Source: the human T2T-CHM13v2.0 reference genome, Homo sapiens. Taken from it: 64,000 nt of DNA. Below, piece by piece: positions 29,064 to 41,930 of this stretch. Within the stretch, counting starts at the first letter, position 1, and each line of letters starts with the position of its first letter. The notes under the pieces are model-generated. The model saw only the letters and a list, made by a program, of their open reading frames with translations. It made no database searches and was not told the origin of the DNA. The stretch lies in the NCBI RefSeq assembly GCF_009914755.1, contig NC_060930.1; one strand, 5' to 3'. The position numbers and the translations under genes are program-made.

Positions 29064-30829
29064 TACAATAGGTGGGTCACCCCTCGATTTTGTGTTTTAA
29101 ATGACATAGCCCCACCAAGGTGCCCTCATCCATGCTTGAAATGTTGAGTTTCCTGTGTCTTCCCCACTGCCCTCGTAGGTAGAAAGTCTTTTACTCTGCC
29201 TGCATCTCACCAGAAGTCTTATGAGGAAGGTGCAACTAGGTTTAAAAAAGGAGGCTCTTGGCAGGAAGCCTAGGTGTATTTGCTGGAATTTCAGATCTTC
29301 TGAGCAGAGCTCTTGGCTGCTGTGGGGCACTGCAGTGAATTTATGTCCCTAACATGTTCCCTACAGAAAAAAGAAGTGACAGGGCTCTTGAATTCTGAGG
29401 GTCCGGGCATCCCAGACAAAGTATCGTATTATCTTTTCGGATGGAAGAAATCCCTGTAGAGATGGTTAAAGACTGGCATTCACATAAGTTTTGTGCCCTG
29501 AAATTCATAGCTATCAGATATTTGTAGAAATAAAGACTCTTCTAAATGACCACTTGTGTCTGGGCCAAGGCAGAACTAGAAAGAAGGACTCAGTGGGTAG
29601 TTGGAGTCAGTGGTGGTCTCTATTTACCCATGAGAAATAGATTCTTGGAAATAGGATAGGAATGCTTATAAGATTTGGACCAACAGAAAGCCTATGATCT
29701 CATAAATTCATGAATCCCACAGTCTATAATCTATTTGACTTCACTCTCAAATGCCTAGGACCATTTGGACTAAGGCTGGCAAGTCAGAAAATTGCAGTTT
29801 TTATTTTCAACTCCACACAATTTTCACCAAGTAAAAAACCTTCATGTTTTACGTGAATTTGCTTCTACGATCCATAGATGACTGGATGTTCTCGGGCGGG
29901 GTAAAGGCAAATGAATTTGTGTCCTCATTGGCAAATGGTGTTGGTGGTGGTGTTATCTTGTCTAAAATCCACAGGAACCTGTGTTTCAGGACCCTGTCTA
30001 TTGTCCTGACCATTCAGAATGCATGCCAAGCCCCTGCTCTTCCTGGAGTTATCTTTATCACCTCTCCTCAAGTTTTATCTTGCACCATATAAGTCACATT
30101 GTATTTCAATATTAAAATGCAACATTAATAGATAAGCTGGAGAATCAAGACATTTCCAAGAAGACAGGGGACGCCTTTTCTAATATATCGTCTGATTACA
30201 CCCTCTTTCTTTTGGGTGCTAGCTTAAGAAGCCAAACCAAAGCACAAATGAACAGAGAAGTCAACACATCCGACCCCAAACCCTCAGGACGCTGGCTTGG
30301 GTTACATGTGGCCCTCTCTGTGGTCAGTTTGTGAGTAGCCTCCCCGGAGGGTGTGTCCCAACTTCCAGCAGCTGCCGTGGAAAGCCACGTGTCCGCTAAA
30401 CGCCTACATTACATCAATAAGAGAAACTAAGGAAGGGATGGAAAAGCTATCATTTTTCTTTTCTTCCTCAGTTCTGGCAGTATAGTGATTTAATCGCTGT
30501 TATTATTTTTATTTAGTTAAAGCATCAACTTAGGCCTTTTAAATGATGGTAAAAGAGAAAGCTTCAGATCGGGGTATTGGTCAGATCATTCTTACTAGCG
30601 ATGACCTCTTCGCCTTTGGCACCTCGCGGCTCTTCGCATGCCTCCAAGAATTCCCGGGTCTTGAAACCTACGCGCGGCGGAGGCGACGCCTCTCGGGAGA
30701 GGGAGGGTGAAAGAAGGGGCGGGGCTATTTAAATAGCCCGCGAGCTTCGCGTCCCCATTGGCTGCCAGCCTGTCGGTTACCGCGGGGCGGGGAGTCCCGG
30801 GGCTGGAGTGAGGTACCTGAGCCGGGCGC

Positions 30830-32369
<1,540 letters not shown>

Positions 32370-34224
32370 TAACGTAATGACGAGAACATTTCCCCCTTTT
32401 CAGTGTCCCGGGCCCAGGGGATGGAGTGAGGGGGTGGAGGAGCTCCCGGCGCGCGGGTCCCGCCTGGTGCGCCAGAGAACGCGGGGACAGGCAGGCTGTG
32501 CTCCCGCCACCTGCGCGGCGGTGGGCGGCACATGCGCTCCCCCGCGCCGCGGGCAGGGCTGCGCGCCGAGGCCCCCAGAGGCGGCTGGCCGGCCGGGCCG
32601 CGGGGCTCCGGGAGCGCTGTCCCCAGCGGGCGTGTATTTGCGGACTCCCTGAGCACGTTCCGCGCTTTTTTTCACTTCTGCCCAGCTCTGGCCAGGTTAA
32701 CTCAACTGCAGCAGGAGAGTCCAGCCCGAGTGTGGCCATCCTGGGAAGAGGGCTCTTCAGTACGATTTTCCCCTCTAAACTGCCGCCTTTTGCCCCCTAA
32801 CTTGGAGTGCAGTTTTCCCACCGAGACTTTTAGGGAATCCGACAGCGGCTGGGAACTTTGAAAACTTGGCATGAGTATGTTTAGAGGTATCCACGGCACT
32901 AGGGGAGGTTGCAGAGGGAAGTCCCAAAAGGACCGCGGAAGGCGCTCGGATCCCGGCCGGGCGGGGCTCGCTTCTGTTTGGGGCGGGATGAAAGCTCAAC
33001 TGGGGTAATCCATCCTGTGCCCCGGCTCACATGCCCTTGGCCATTGTCCCCAAAGGCTGAACCTTTGATCAATGCAGCCCAAGCTGCACGGGCAGAGAAA
33101 GGGTGCGGGGTAGGGGCCGGGGTTGGGCGCTGAGCTCCTCTGAACCGGTTGCCAGGCAACAGAATGGAAATTCACGGGCGGCTAAATGGAGCTCCGCCAC
33201 AAATGTTCTGTGGCAAACCCGGACCCAGTCACATCGCCCTTTCTCCCCCCTCCCACCCCACTGAGTTTTCTCATCTGTAAATGAGAAGGGTGCAGAGAAG
33301 ACTCTTTTCTTCGGAGTCAGTGCCTCCGGTTTGCACTGCTTTTCATTCATAAGCTGACTTAGTTTAGCGCAGACATAGGATGGAGGGACGCGCTGTCAGC
33401 GGACAGATCATGGGTGCACTGGCTACGCCCGGGATGGTTGCAGCTGCGCGGCGGGGTGGGGCTTCACGGGCCTCCTTCCCATGTGAGACGGTGGTTGTGC
33501 CCAGGCCCTGAAGTGGGTGAGCAGACACTCGCCAAAGGAGCACACGGGTCTCCCAGCCACGTCAAAGACGCTCATCTTTTAACGGCATTACTTACTGGAA
33601 TGATTCCCGCGTAGACTATCTGGGTGATTTCTTTACCAGCCTATCTATGATTCCCAACTCCACTGAGCTTTGAGGGAGAGAACATGGGGGGTAAGAGCCA
33701 AGGGAGGGTGTGGAGGCAGGGCGATTGGCATCCAAGTGGTGCAGAAATCCTCCTGGGAAATTCGTGAAACAGAATCTCACAGGAGTCCAGGCTCAGGGCC
33801 TGCCAATCTGGCTGCTTGCACTGCCCGGGGTTCTGATTGGACAAGAATTTTCACAATTTATTGGAACCAAATCCAAGGTTGAGCCACCTCCAGGAAGCAT
33901 TCTAAGGAAATTCTCATGCCAGTCAATAAAATTTGTAGTGGGTGGGGGCCAGGGTGGCAGAGGACCAGCGCTGTTCCTTATTCTAACTTTTCTGCTGCTT
34001 CTGACTTAGTAAATTCCTCCCCTTGCTCTCTTCCTCTCCTCTCCTTCCACCCTCACCCCCCGCCCCCACCCCGCCTCCAGGTTTCCTGGCAGCTCTGGGG
34101 AAATGTTTTATTGCCTTTTGGGGGTAGTCCTAACCTGGACAAAGGGGAGGAAGACTGGCGCTCCTGGCTACTTCACAGAGAATCGTGTTACAGTCCCTGG
34201 GAAAACAATTCCTGGGCTTGAACC

Positions 34225-34800
34225 GAGGTTCTCAGCATTAGCTGCCCTGTAGTATCACCCGGGGGACTTAGAGTTCTAGGGTTATTAGGGCCGCTTCGTG
34301 GGCCCAGATCAGTTAGGTCAGAATCTTTTGAGGGTGGGGCACAGGCATCATTTTTTTTAAGTACCTTAGGTTTTTCTAATATGCTACCGTGGTCAGGAAA
34401 CACTGGCACAGGAGATCCCAATGTCTGAAGGAAATGGATACATTGTCCCAGTAAGAGATGAAGAGCAAAGCTTTCAAACATTGCTACACATTAGAATCAC
34501 GTGGGTGTTACGTGGGAGGTAGGGGGGAACGCCTTAAAAAAACCCAGATGCCCAGGTGGCACTCCATATCAAATCAGAATGTGTGGAGGTGGAAACCAGG
34601 TAGCAGTATTTTTTTGTTCAAAAATAAAGAGGATCTCCCAACGTTGCCCAGGCTGGACTCAAAACTCCTGGCCTCAAGCAATCCCCCTGCCTCAGCCTCC
34701 TGAGTTGCTGGGAAGATAGAAGTGTGCCACCATGCCCAGCAGTGTCATTGTTTTGTCAAGATCTCACGTGATGTCAGTGTTTGGAAACCACTGCCTTAGA
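34225..34800. mobile_element. Two MER5-like hAT MITE remnants, the second holding a FLAM monomer (about 34607-34740, minus)
   Basis: ggttctcagc...atcacccgggg...tcagaatctttt; cacattagaatcacgtggg...aaatcagaat...ttggaaaccactgccttaga. Alu monomer gttgcccaggctggactcaaaactcctggcctcaagc. Confidence 0.7.
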
Positions 34801-36039
34801 TGGTATTTGAAATTTCAAGAGCTGGGCCTAAGGCGAATTTGTAAAGTATAGTCATATTTACTGTATTTAGTGACCCTCCAAATTCCCCTTATTCCTTGCT
34901 TCTCTGACTTTTCGTGGGCTACAGGGACACACTGCCTCTGAGTCACACTGCTTAAAGCTGGCTGTCAGCTAATCCTTGCTAGGGTGATGGTTTAACATAG
35001 TATCTCCCTAGGGATATTGACATTTTTCGTAAAGGATTTTGAAAGATCTAAAAAAATCCCCTAAAAATTTTTAAGAGAACTCACCCAGTAGTGCAATTCC
35101 AGGCCCCAAGACAGGCTGACACAGAACTGAAAGAGAATTCTAGGATGGGAATTCTATCCCAAGCCCCTCATATTCCTATCACTGGGCTCCTTGTACAAGT
35201 TATAGCTACTGTAGGTCCACTTCTGGACTCTATACTGATAGTGTGAAGAGAAAACCTTTTGCGGGTAAGTAGAATCCAAGCAGCAAGCCATGCCACCTGC
35301 CAATGAAGCAATTCTATTTCATCTTAATCCATTTAGCAGTAGGAAAGGGGTATTTCATCATCAGAGGCTAGAATGGGGTAAAATCTGATTGCCATGACTC
35401 TGAACATAGGAAGGACAGTTCATTTGAACAAAGTTATTGCGTACCAGTGTTGGATTCTCTATATAGGGATACTAGAGAATTACAGATTTCCTAATTGCTG
35501 TCAATGCCATGTTAACTGCCACATTACCTGACTCATCTATTAAAGAATCTACAGAAAGATAAACATGACAGCGCTGCGTTTTAAAGTACGCTTATACCTA
35601 CTAGGTTAAGTAAATTACACACTGGAAGTACAAGGGAAAGTATTACATAGTTGTAAACATCCGACTTCCCTGGGACTGGGGGAATAATTTACTCATGAAA
35701 TACATTTGAAACACCCCGAGCCTTGTAAGCCAGCCGGACTATCAGGAAGTGTGAATCAACAGGATAAATTTCTCTCTCATAGCGCAAGTGCTGGTCATCC
35801 AACCAGCTCATTGTTGTTTATGTTGACTGTTTCAAACTCTTTCTGGGTGAATAGGCTGGGATGTGTCACCTTCTAAATGCTAACCGTCTGCTGCCTGGGC
35901 TGCTGGTGTGCAGAGTGCCTGGGTGAGCGAGCTCGTGAACTTGCATTCACTCAGGGCCACAGATGCCATTTTCTATTTGTTTTCTAATGCTAAAAATGTC
36001 TTGGCAGCCTAGTCAGCATCCCTGCCAATTTGGTGACCT

Positions 36040-36350
36040 TGGAGAGGTATCCTTCAGGTCTTAGCTTAAAATTCACCTAAGAGAGACCTTCTCTGCCACT
36101 CTATATAAACTGGTCATGCCTCCATCCCACCCACTTCTGTACCATGACAGCACTCTGCTTATTTCCTTCCTTGTACTTATCACAAGTTTTTCTTTTTTCT
36201 TGTTAAATTTGCTTACTCATTTGTTTGTCTCCCCTGTAGGATGTCAGCCTCCAAAGGCGGAAACCACGCTAACCCACCACAGTAGCCCAAGTGCCTAACA
36301 TAATGCTGACCACATGGAAGATGCTTTGAAAAGGCTGAATTAGTGAACAT
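36040..36350 (+). mobile_element. L2 3' end
   Basis: ccttcaggtcttagcttaaa...gtaggatgtcagcctcc...agtgcctaacataatgctgaccacat. Confidence 0.7.
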
Positions 36351-37632
36351 ATAGACATAGCCCATGCTTCAAATTCATATTTCACTGATTTGGAAGATTT
36401 GATTATTTAGAAAGGGTATACCTGATTTTTATTGAGTAAAATGTTTACAGTGAAGACATTTAGGACAGGGAGGTTCACAGTATTTGAGGTAAATCATCGT
36501 GCTTTATTAATACACCTTTTTTATTAGTCACCCATATGTATATTAATTTGTAATATGCATTACATTTGAGAGTAGTAAAAACATTTAATTAAATATCTGC
36601 ATTTCAGATTTCACTTGTTTATTTGAATTCACGAGGTATTTATCTCCAAATGCTAGGATTAAATGGCAATTTAAAAAACTCAAATTGTGTTCAGAAAAGG
36701 GAATCAGTATATATTAGTACAAGCAGCAAGAAACTTGTGCTAAAAATACTGGCAATTTTCTGAACAAAATTACTCTTGGGAAACATAAATAAGAAGAAAA
36801 ATGGAATACTCCCTACTTGTATTTGTAACTAGATATAATGCGCTATCTCTTTCTCCTAAACATAGCATCAGTAGTACTGTTTTTCATTTAAGCTACCTGT
36901 ACTTAAGAAGATTTTTGTTAGCAGAAAATAAATCCATGCCTGCAAGCTACTCACAGCAAAAACAGTTTGGAGAATTTGGTTGCAAGAGTGTGATTCAAAG
37001 AAGCAGTAGATGTTCTTCTAAAGAGATTACAAAGAGTAAATTTGAAATTCAGTGGCATTTCAACAAAAAAAAGTTGTACAAAGTGTTCTTAAACTAAGAT
37101 CAAAGGGCAAGCAGATACTATTGTTCAGACCTCAGATGGTGTTTCCTCTGGGTGTCCTTCTAAGAATGGGTATAAATCCTTTTTAAATGTGCTGAATCAT
37201 GGTTAGTTCCTCTATTTGAGAGCTTACCTCTGATCAGCTTGGAGGAGGGCTTCCCTGGGATAAGAATCTGTTTAAATACAAAAACAATGCTCAGTGCTTG
37301 CTTTAGCATATAATTTGTTGCCTCTCTGTGTCTTCAGAGAGTAACTACTTTATATGTTGGATTTCAAATTGATATTTTACTTGACTATGAATACTGGCTA
37401 AATACTGGCTATCAAATGTATATCAAACGTAGTATATCAAACGTAGCAAACTAAAAGATAGCAGCTCTGCTGTCTTTGCCTCACTCCTATTTACGAAGGT
37501 GAGTTAGACAAGGAAAATGAAGAGGGTACAATGTCTTGCATCATGAAGCAGCTTTCTGTAACTTTTTCACAAACCAATCCTTCACTTTCTGCTTCCCATC
37601 TTATATCAAAAATGAACTATTCTAGGGAATGA

Positions 37633-37938
37633 TTTTTTTTTTTTTTAAGACAGTATCTTTTTCTGTCACCCAGGCTGGAGTGCAGTGGCGAGATCTCGGC
37701 TCACTGCAACCTCTCCGTCTCCTGGGTTCAATCAATTCTCCTGTGTCAGCCTCCAGAGTAGCTGGGATTACAGGTCTCCGCCACCACACCTGGCTAATAT
37801 TTTTTTTTTTGTATTTTTAGTGGAGCTGGGGTTTCACCATGTTGGCCAGGCTAGTCTCAAACTCCTGACATCAAGTGATCTGCCTGCCTTGGCCACCCAA
37901 AGTGCTGGGATTACAGGCTCACGCCACTGCGTCCGGCC
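37633..37938 (-). mobile_element. AluSx-like
   Basis: Full reverse Alu. Flanks ggaatga on both sides. Confidence 0.95.
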
Positions 37939-40321
37939 AGGAATGACTATTGTTTAACTTAGCACAACGTCGTTACAGTTTTAATTTTTCTACTTCGATC
38001 TTTATTCTATTTTTCTTCCTCTTCTGTTCAGAATTTTAGTCATTTTGCCATCTTTGGTGCTTCCAGTAGTGGGAAGAAAAGTAGACAATATTTTAATTAG
38101 ACAATTTTGTTTTTCACTAGTTTTCATAAATATATGAGTAAAAGGAGTAGAAATCACCGCAGAAACTCCCTAAGATAGGAATAGACAATTTACCAAGGCC
38201 CCATTCACGTAAACAGCTGTTACACATTAACCATCCTGTCCCCCCCTCCCTAGGCCACAGCATAACCCAGCCATGTGCCCAGCAGCTGGGCTGCTCCAGC
38301 CGCAGGGTGTCACCTGGGGGGCAGATATAGGGCATAGCTGGCATCTTCTCTTGTGTTCCCCACAAGGAACCAGTGCATTATGTTGTTCTTATTTCCCTGT
38401 TTTCATCACGACAGCGGAGTTAACTTTATTCAAATACACTTTCTTTTCTGATCATACCCTTACCTTCTCTTCAACACCCTCACTCCCATCTCTGATCCAG
38501 CTTTTACCCACTGGAAACGTGTGAGTCGGAAAACGGCACTAGTCTCTCCTGGAATATATGAAAGTGGTGATAGTTGTATGAAGGGGAAGGAAAGCCATCA
38601 CCACTTCGGTGAAAATTAGAGTTAACTCTAATTTTTCAGTGCCATTAACCTCTGAAGTTTCGAGAGTACCAGAAATTCTCAGAACCTGCATTCCCCCTGT
38701 TCACCTTTTACTACAAGCATTAGAAATCAGTAACACATTGTGGGTCACTGAAATTTATCAGATTTTGTGTTCAGTCACTAGTGTTTTGAAGATTTTGTTG
38801 TCTATACTTTTTTTCCAATGTGAATATGTAGTATTTCAGCACCCTATGCATAAAGTTAAGGGTCTGAAGCCAGGCTGGGAACACAGCTACCATCCCTAAC
38901 ATGGTTTTTCTGGGGACACGTATGCCCCAGCAACAGAAAACCCATTTGGGGTTTATTGGTTAAATGAGTTTGGGATAACTGGTGAATGTATGTTCGCCAT
39001 AGATCATAGAATTTAGAGCTTGAAAAGTTCTCGCATATCATCTAATCTGTTTGTTCGCAGTTAAATTTGTTAGATGTTTTCACCACCATTTTCTCTTTAC
39101 TGCTGTTACCTCTTAAGATTGAGGGACAATCCATGAAAACACACAGAGATCCTAGTGCATCAGAGCAATAGGGCTGTTGGCCAGGCTGGAGTGGATAATG
39201 AAGGAGAAATTACAAAAGCAGGCAAGAGCACAACCCTGGAAGAGCCGAGGAAACCCAAATCTGGAATTGTTGGGGTTTTCTCTTAGTGGATAGCATCTTC
39301 TCCAAGAACTCTACTTTTAGAAAAGAAAATGCTATGTATATCTATAAATGTCCAAAGGACTGTTGACTCCAAAGAATTGTTTTCTGCTCCGAAATTGAGT
39401 TGAAAACCACGTTGCTCTGAGTGGCATTGTTCCACTGATATCCACTGATTCTCTTCCTGCCCTTCCCATCTCCATTATTAAGGAGATTGGGACCATAATA
39501 GAGATGATATCTAAATTACATCAGTTAATTCCTTGATGGGTCCCCACGGTCTCGTTATCTCAAGCACAGTCCCAGATGACTGGGTCGAAGAATCTCCTTC
39601 AAACATTTTTGCAGGATGAGGTTCTGGTTCCAAGTGGGAGAGCCTTCCTGACTTTCAGATTTATAGGCATACGCCCTTGATGACTGATCCTCCTGCTGGC
39701 CAGGTCAGGATTGTCCTAGGCCTAAAATGTCCTTGCCACACAGTGCCGATTATATGTTCAGATTGTTTTCATATCACCAAAGAGCTCAGCTGGCCACGGG
39801 GGGAAGTGGAGTGGAGTGGATTCACAGGGCGCAGAAAACAGTGCCCCTCGGAGGCAGAGCCCCGGAGCCCGCTCCACCCTGACCTCCGATATCCGCCACG
39901 GGCCTTATTATCACTCTCCTGCCGCTTGCCCTTTCACCGTCCAGAACGTCTGCGTTTGTTGATTGTTGTTGCTGTGTTTACAGTCCTGTTGGTTTCCTGT
40001 ACGTGAACATGGGCTGGAAAAAAAATTCTGATTTGTGTCTCAGCAGAGCATGAGTGAACCATATCATTGGTAAGAGCTGATTAGGCCAGGAGATTTCTTA
40101 TAATATTAGCCTTGCTTATTCTCTGAGACCAGTTATTTTCCCTCCCTCCTTTTGAATCTATGAATTACATTTAAATAGTCCAAAGACTGAGTTTTGTAAA
40201 CTACAAAATTAAGGACTAAAAGTTTTTACTTAATTTTGATTTTTATTCAGATTTTATTTGTAGACTCCCATATCGGAATAAGTTAACAACGGAGAAGCTG
40301 TACATTTTTTAGAAAGAGAGG

Positions 40322-40630
40322 GTTTTTTTTTAAGATCAGTTTGAGGTTCACAGCAAAACTGAGCAAAATTTTGCAGAGATTTCCCAGGTACCCGCTGCCC
40401 CACAGGTGCACAGACTCCTCCATTATCACCCAGCAGAATTTGGTATCTTTGTTGCAATTGATGAACTTATATGGACACATCATTGTCACCTAAAGTCTGT
40501 AGTTACATCCCGGTTCACTCGTAGTGTTGCAGATTCTGTGGATTTGGACAAATGTGTAATGATGTTATCCACCGCTATAGTATCATGCCGAGGAGTTGTG
40601 AAACTACTCTGCCCTACAAATCCTCTGTGG
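40322..40630 (-). mobile_element. L1MC-like 3' end
   Basis: ggttcacagcaaaactgagc...attgatgaac...acacatcattgtcacctaaagt...ttggacaaatgtgtaatga; reverse complement of the same family as the 20265 element. Confidence 0.8.
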
Positions 40631-41595
40631 AGAAGCTGTACATTAAACAAGGAAAAACAAGTCAATGAAAGTATAAAAATTCAAAATACGCAGAGTTCGG
40701 GGAAAGAATTATAAAATACCTCAGTTGAAGAATATTTTGTTTCTGGGGTTTTACTAAAGTGGTCCCTAAGGAAGTAATTTTGATAGTCTATGACAATGTG
40801 GGATTTATTTTATAGTGCTTCTATGTGTTGACAACAAATCCATCAGAAATCTTTCTTTTTTCTTTCTTTGTTTTTAAGTCTAGGAGTTTAAAAATCTTTT
40901 TTCCTCCGCATAGTTTCACTGAGGTGTCTGTCACCATAGTACCTAGACAATCCCTCAGGCAGAGATATGAGTGATTAAATTTCTCCCTGGCTTGTGCCCT
41001 GTTTGATCCATGCTAGGCAGGATTTGGGGGAGTAAAATAAAGAAGCCTGAAGAATGAACAAGAATTATAGGAATTTTGTGCTTGTGAATTATTAAAATTT
41101 GGGGGGGTTATTAGGGGAGAGGTTAAATATTTTTCCTTTCTGAAAACTTACATTAAAACTTAATGTGACTTTAGAATTGAGAAACTGACAAAATATCGTA
41201 CTGGCCCTAAGGGCAGGATCAGAGGACTTTAAAAGGCTTCCTTAGGAGAGACTATTTAGATCAGAGTAAAACTAAATTAACAGAGACTCCATCAATTCAG
41301 AGGTCTTTGTAAGTGATATATCGAATAGGCTTATTTGCCTTTGGACTGTTTTCTATGACAAAGCTACACAGGTTAATGGTAAATAAATATGAGAATACAA
41401 TAATGGAGACAGAAATGTGGTAACTGAAGAGCAGTTCGTTTGAGGGATATTAGGGGTTTGTGTTTATTCCTTTACAAATATTGTGCAGGTGAGACATTTA
41501 GTGAATTCTCTCCATCTCTCTTCACGTCAGTTACTCATTGTAGTGGGGTATTACTGAATTCCAGCTAATTTGCCCGCCCGTTATCTCCCACCCTA

Positions 41596-41930
<335 letters not shown>

